Origin: an uncultured Alphaproteobacteria bacterium
Lineage (GTDB): Bacteria > Pseudomonadota > Alphaproteobacteria > CAVTAV01
Direction of reading: 5' to 3'
Assembly (NCBI GenBank): GCA_963821875.1
Contig: CAWGFE010000001.1
Coordinates: 2,825-66,824, forward strand
Length of the DNA: 64,000 nt
The notes under the pieces: model-generated
What the model was told of the DNA's origin: nothing
Seen by the model: the letters and a program-made list of their open reading frames with translations, nothing else
The model's database searches: none
In this document: in pieces, positions 60,286-64,000 of the stretch
Position numbering within the stretch: position 1 is the stretch's first letter
Layout: the number at the start of each line of letters is the position of its first letter
Program-made: the position numbers and the translations under genes

Positions 60286-60311
60286 GTGTATTTGTAAAAG
60301 AAGAAATACAC
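60286..60311. promoter_or_regulatory. Perfect 8-bp inverted repeat (candidate operator) in the AT-rich region upstream of the operon
   Basis: GTGTATTT-gtaaaagaag-AAATACAC, followed by a gtata-acga-gtata direct repeat. It lies 38-63 nt upstream of the ATG at 60248. Confidence 0.3.
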
Positions 60312-60400
60312 GTATAACGAGTATATTCGCGCATGGGGAGTGTGACAAGGAGAGTCGGCTGGTCGGGGCCGCCGAAAGATCGCTGAGGTGAAAGTCTGGG

Positions 60401-61483
60401 CTAAAGCCGGCCGAAAAGGCGGGGCCAGAAATCGCCGATATCGTTATAGGAGGCCGGCGTTTCGCTGCCCGGTGGCGTGGACCATTGTTCGAGAACGTCT
60501 TTCATGGCGTCGGAAAAGTCGATGCCTATGCAGGCCGGCATGCGGCGCATGACGTAGTAGCCGCCAGCCTTCAGGTTGTGGCCTTCGACGAGCCCGATGA
60601 AGCCGTCGAGCTCTTCCTCGGTCATGAGAGGCAGGATCCGCGCGAAATCGGCGAGATACTGAAAACCCTTGCGATAGCCTTGTCCGCCTTCCCAATACAG
60701 CTTCAGAAGGGCGTGAAACGCCATCCACTCGCAGGGCGGAAGATAGATTTCCGAACTGTTCCAGACATGGGGCTTGAAACGGTCCATGATGTCCTCGGCG
60801 GAAACGCCGGCCCCGACCGAGTGGTGGATGTCGATGAGAACGGGCGTCTTGACGTGCCGGCCGCTGACCTCGGACGCGAAGGGAAGGAGTTCGCCGGCCA
60901 CTGCGAAACCATTGGCGGTATCGCCGTCGACCTCGCCCAAATCGATCATCTTGACCCAGAAGCCCAAGGCATAATGCCCGTCTTCCCGTCTCTCCCTTTC
61001 TTTGGGATCGGAGGGTACGAAGACTTGCGACTCCGCGTCGTAGTCGCCGGCCCAAAAGCCCGCCGCACGCATGGCGTCCTTGGCGCCGTCCAGGTCTTCG
61101 GGGCGAACGCAGAAATCGAGATCCGCCCCGGTCCGGTGCGCCGGATCGGCATAGGCCAGAAATCCATTTGCCGTGCCCTTGAGTGCTACGAGATCGATAT
61201 CGCGATTGGCGAAGACGTCGGCGACGTCGGCCGCAACCTCGCGGCAAAGCTGCCCCTGAATCGTCGCCGCCTTGGAAATCGCCGACAGTCGCCGGTGCGT
61301 AGGGGTCGACACCTGGTCGCCGAAACGCTCCACGAAAGTCGGGATCGTGGTCGGCGCGACATGCCAGATCGAGCCGATGTCATCGGCGACGGCCTCCGTC
61401 TGCCAGTCGGTCAGCTCGGATTCGAAGATATGCCCCGCGAGGAGTTCGCGCCACGGCAAACTCCGCCAGCAGGCCTTCGGCAT
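60401..61483 (-). CDS. Uncharacterised nucleotidyltransferase-family protein (NTP_transf_5-like, pol-beta fold)
   Basis: DLVALKGTANGFLAYADPAHRTGADLDFCVRPEDLDGAKDAMRAAGF fits the LKG...R..DlDllV...a...L...Gf pattern. Confidence 0.65.
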   Translation of the reverse strand: MPKACWRSLPWRELLAGHIFESELTDWQTEAVADDIGSIWHVAPTTIPTFVERFGDQVSTPTHRRLSAISKAATIQGQLCREVAADVADVFANRDIDLVALKGTANGFLAYADPAHRTGADLDFCVRPEDLDGAKDAMRAAGFWAGDYDAESQVFVPSDPKERERREDGHYALGFWVKMIDLGEVDGDTANGFAVAGELLPFASEVSGRHVKTPVLIDIHHSVGAGVSAEDIMDRFKPHVWNSSEIYLPPCEWMAFHALLKLYWEGGQGYRKGFQYLADFARILPLMTEEELDGFIGLVEGHNLKAGGYYVMRRMPACIGIDFSDAMKDVLEQWSTPPGSETPASYNDIGDFWPRLFGRL

Positions 61484-61698
61484 CTGCGCCGAACGCGAAA
61501 TTACGTTCCGTAACGCCCATTTGCTTCGCGATTATCTGCAATCGATATCTGCACTACAGTATTAACCTAGTTCAAAATCGAGCCCTGTAAACAGATAGCG
61601 ATCATAAGTGCTAACAAGTCTTAACAGGATGTTGGTTGACAGAAACGGGTTTCGATCGAATTTTGACAGGTCAGGCGTTTCTTTATGCGGATTTAGCG

Positions 61699-62736
61699 AT
61701 GCATTTCGGTAGTGACAATACAAGCGGGGTCGCCCCGGAGATCCTTGAGGCGCTCGCGCGGGCCAACGCGGGATACGTGCCGAGTTACGGCGCGGATGCG
61801 CTGACCGAACGGGTTGAGGAAAGGCTGGCCGATCTTTTCGAGACCACCCTGTCGGCCTTTCTGGTCGGGACCGGAACCGCGGCCAATTCGCTCGGTCTCG
61901 CCGCAATCGTGAGGTCGCATGAGGCGATCTTCTGCCATGAGGCGAGCCATATTTATTGGGACGAATGCGGCGCGCCGGAATTCTTTTGCGGCGGCGCGAA
62001 GCTCATGCCCGTGGCGGGCGAACTCGGTAAATTGCAGCCTGACGCGCTTCGTCACGCGCTCTCTTTCATCCGCCCCGGTTTTCATCATCAGGCCCAGCCG
62101 GCGGCGCTCAGCCTGTCGCAGCTCACGGAATTCGGAACGGCGTACCGTCCCGACGAAATCGCGACGCTGAGCGCGGTTGCGCGAGAGCGGGGCATGGCGG
62201 TTCATATGGATGGCGCGCGGTTCTCGAACGCGGTGGTTTCGACCGGGGCGAGTCCGGCGGAACTGACGTGGAAGAGCGGTGTCGATGTGCTCTCTTTCGG
62301 GGCCAGCAAGAACGGCGCGATGGGCGTCGAGGCGGTGATCGTCTTCGATCCGGATCTTGTCGGCGACCTGCCGTCGCTGCGGAAAAGATCGGGTCAACTG
62401 TTCTCGAAAGGACGCTTTCTGGCGGCTCAGATGGACGCCTATCTCGAAGGCGATCTGTGGCGGCGGCACGCCATTCACGCCAACGCCATGGCCGGCCAAC
62501 TGGAGGAGGGGTTACGCGATATCCCCGGTGTCGAGATCAGCTATCCGGTTGAGGGAAACGAGGTTTTCTGCGTTCTGCCGGACGAACTCGACCAGCGCTT
62601 CAAAGAAGCGGGCGCCGTCTATCACCCGTGGCATGCGCCGGGTGACACACTGCCGGGCGACAAGGTCCGTTTCGTGACGTCCTTCGCCACGCGGCCCGAG
62701 GATGTCGATATGCTTCTGGAAATCGCCGGGAACTAA
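61699..62736 (+). CDS. ltaE: Low-specificity L-threonine aldolase (PLP, beta-eliminating lyase family)
   Basis: MHFGSDNTSGVAPEILEAL...GTGTAANSL...HMDGARFSNA...SFGASKNG (PLP lysine). Confidence 0.88.
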   Translation: MHFGSDNTSGVAPEILEALARANAGYVPSYGADALTERVEERLADLFETTLSAFLVGTGTAANSLGLAAIVRSHEAIFCHEASHIYWDECGAPEFFCGGAKLMPVAGELGKLQPDALRHALSFIRPGFHHQAQPAALSLSQLTEFGTAYRPDEIATLSAVARERGMAVHMDGARFSNAVVSTGASPAELTWKSGVDVLSFGASKNGAMGVEAVIVFDPDLVGDLPSLRKRSGQLFSKGRFLAAQMDAYLEGDLWRRHAIHANAMAGQLEEGLRDIPGVEISYPVEGNEVFCVLPDELDQRFKEAGAVYHPWHAPGDTLPGDKVRFVTSFATRPEDVDMLLEIAGN

Positions 62737-63434
62737 AGGCGCCTGATCTTGTAGACGCCGGCCGGCGGGACATTGCGGTAGACGCGCCCGAGAAACTCCT
62801 CCTTGAGCCCCACGCTTCTCAGCATCGATTTCGGAATCGGTGCGCTCAGCCCGTAGGTGAACTGATAGAGCGCGGCGCCGGGGCGAAGCTTCTCGAAAAT
62901 CAGATGCAACAGGCGTTGGCGCACGGACCAAGGGAAATTGAGCAGAGGCAAGCCGCTGACTGCCGCTCCGAAGTGGGCCGCTCCGTCGGCGCAGAGCGCC
63001 TCCTCGGCGGCCGCGTTGACCACCGTGATGCCGGGAAACCGCCGGGCCAAGCGGCTTGCGAATGACGGCTCCAACTCCACCGCCACGATGTCGTGCGGCG
63101 CGACGCCCCGGTCGAGAATGGCGCTGGTGAAAATCCCGTTTCCGGCGCCGAGTTCCAGAACGGGGCCCATATCGGGTGAGATTTCGGAGGTAATCAGCGC
63201 GGCGAGATTCTGGCCGCTCGGGAAAAGCGCGCCGACCGTCGTCGGATTCTTCAGATATTTGAGGAAAAATTTCAGCGTCGAGACGGGCTCCGGAGTCTCC
63301 CCGCTGTAATCGTCCCAATTCCGATCTTTGTGCTGCGTCCCCGGTCTGGGGTGGGGCAGGGAGATTACTTCGGGCCGCGATTCAGCAAACGGCAGTGCGA
63401 CCTGCAGCCGTATATCCTCGTCGTGAATGCTCAT
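62733..63434 (-). CDS. Class I SAM-dependent methyltransferase (phospholipid N-methyltransferase PmtA / COG3963-like)
   Basis: FLKNPTTVGALFPSGQNLAALI...VLELGAGNGIFT. It overlaps ltaE convergently by 4 nt. Confidence 0.8.
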   Translation of the reverse strand: MSIHDEDIRLQVALPFAESRPEVISLPHPRPGTQHKDRNWDDYSGETPEPVSTLKFFLKYLKNPTTVGALFPSGQNLAALITSEISPDMGPVLELGAGNGIFTSAILDRGVAPHDIVAVELEPSFASRLARRFPGITVVNAAAEEALCADGAAHFGAAVSGLPLLNFPWSVRQRLLHLIFEKLRPGAALYQFTYGLSAPIPKSMLRSVGLKEEFLGRVYRNVPPAGVYKIRRL

Positions 63435-63886
63435 TAATTCCGTCTAAAACCCGCTGTTCTTAATGGTGCCGCCTCCGGATCACTTATACGTGACCATACA
63501 CGGAGATCCATCCTAAACAAAACCTAGATTTGTGGCGGTGTGATGGCGTGGTCGTGTCATTGTCTTGTCAATGCCGGTTCGAATCGAAGATGCGGCGACG
63601 ATGACCTGCACCGAAATCTCCCGCCAAAACCGCCGTCGCGCGGCTCTATAAAAATAAGAATAGCCGTTCGCTTTTTGGGGCCGTTCATTTATAATTGTCT
63701 CAATTGGGGACGCGGCTGACGGCAAGCCCGCGTGGGCGGAGTTGCCGTTTTTGGGGATATAGGGCCAGTGGACTTCAGGGCGCACGAGAGCGGCGATCGC
63801 CTCCTTGAGCAATCGGCGGCCGGGACCACCCGGCAGGCCAGGCTGCGCCGCAGCACGGCATGGGCGGCTTGATCGTGGCCGGGAGC

Positions 63887-64000
63887 CTAGCGGAGATCCT
63901 CGTATCGCGACACCAGCCGGAAGGCGTCCGCGAGGCGCTTTTGAAAGTCGCGGTGTTCCATGGTCAGCGGGCCGGGCCGGTTGGTCATCGCGTTATTGAT
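63887..64000 (-). CDS. 3' end of an unidentified gene whose start lies outside the window
   Basis: My own translation gives ...INNAMTNRPGPLTMEHRDFQKRLADAFRLVSRYEDLR*, with a TAG stop at 63887-63889 and high-G+C codon bias. I recognise no family. Confidence 0.4.
   Translation of the reverse strand: MNNAMTNRPGPLTMEHRDFQKRLADAFRLVSRYEDLR

Noticed and set aside
63575-63600. tRNA-like GGTTCGAAT string
   Set aside because: There is no complementary T-stem, acceptor stem or anticodon arm around it, so it is not a tRNA gene. At most it is an eroded fragment.
63513-63812. 99-aa minus-strand ORF with a TTG start in the A/T-rich terminal region
   Set aside because: It has a non-ATG start, no RBS, atypical composition and no recognisable family. 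Coding status is unsupported.

Overview
High-G+C (mid-60s % by eye) chromosomal segment that looks alphaproteobacterial (Hyphomicrobiales-like gene content; inference only). It is densely coding, with about 65 protein genes and no rRNA, tRNA, CRISPR array, transposase or integrase that I can see. Core genes: recQ, the cyoABCD ubiquinol oxidase operon, SulP, BCCT, APC, CDF and CaCA transporters, an ABC-2 exporter, and a FadJ-like beta-oxidation fusion enzyme. Accessory content of note: (1) a five-gene, translationally coupled minus-strand operon at 55.9-60.3 kb. It encodes an HppE-like cupin, a FomA-like amino-acid-kinase-fold kinase, a dTMP-kinase-like P-loop kinase, an Fe-alcohol dehydrogenase and a phosphonopyruvate/sulfopyruvate-type ThDP decarboxylase. 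This resembles a fosfomycin-type phosphonate cassette, but there is no PEP mutase and no C-methylation enzyme in the window. It is my top candidate for something new. (2) A 4.5-kb lower-G+C periplasmic glycosylation islet (GtrA-like, GT-C, epimerase, GT2) bracketed by a 51-bp direct repeat that duplicates the 3' end of an amino-acid permease gene. (3) A second, older-looking case of the same architecture, with a CaCA antiporter gene lying between the ABC-2 permease 3' end and a decayed copy of that end. (4) A family-1 encapsulin operon with an EncFtn cargo. (5) A fluoride riboswitch upstream of crcB and a DUF190 gene. (6) A frameshifted PhzF-family gene. (7) A histone-H1-like Ala/Lys/Pro repeat protein. 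(8) A P450/GMC/SDR/ABM/CrtI-like oxidative cluster and a gentisate dioxygenase module. All family assignments come from reading motifs in the translations. No database search was run. Start codons were chosen by eye from RBS and homology logic, and the ORF track also uses GTG/TTG starts.
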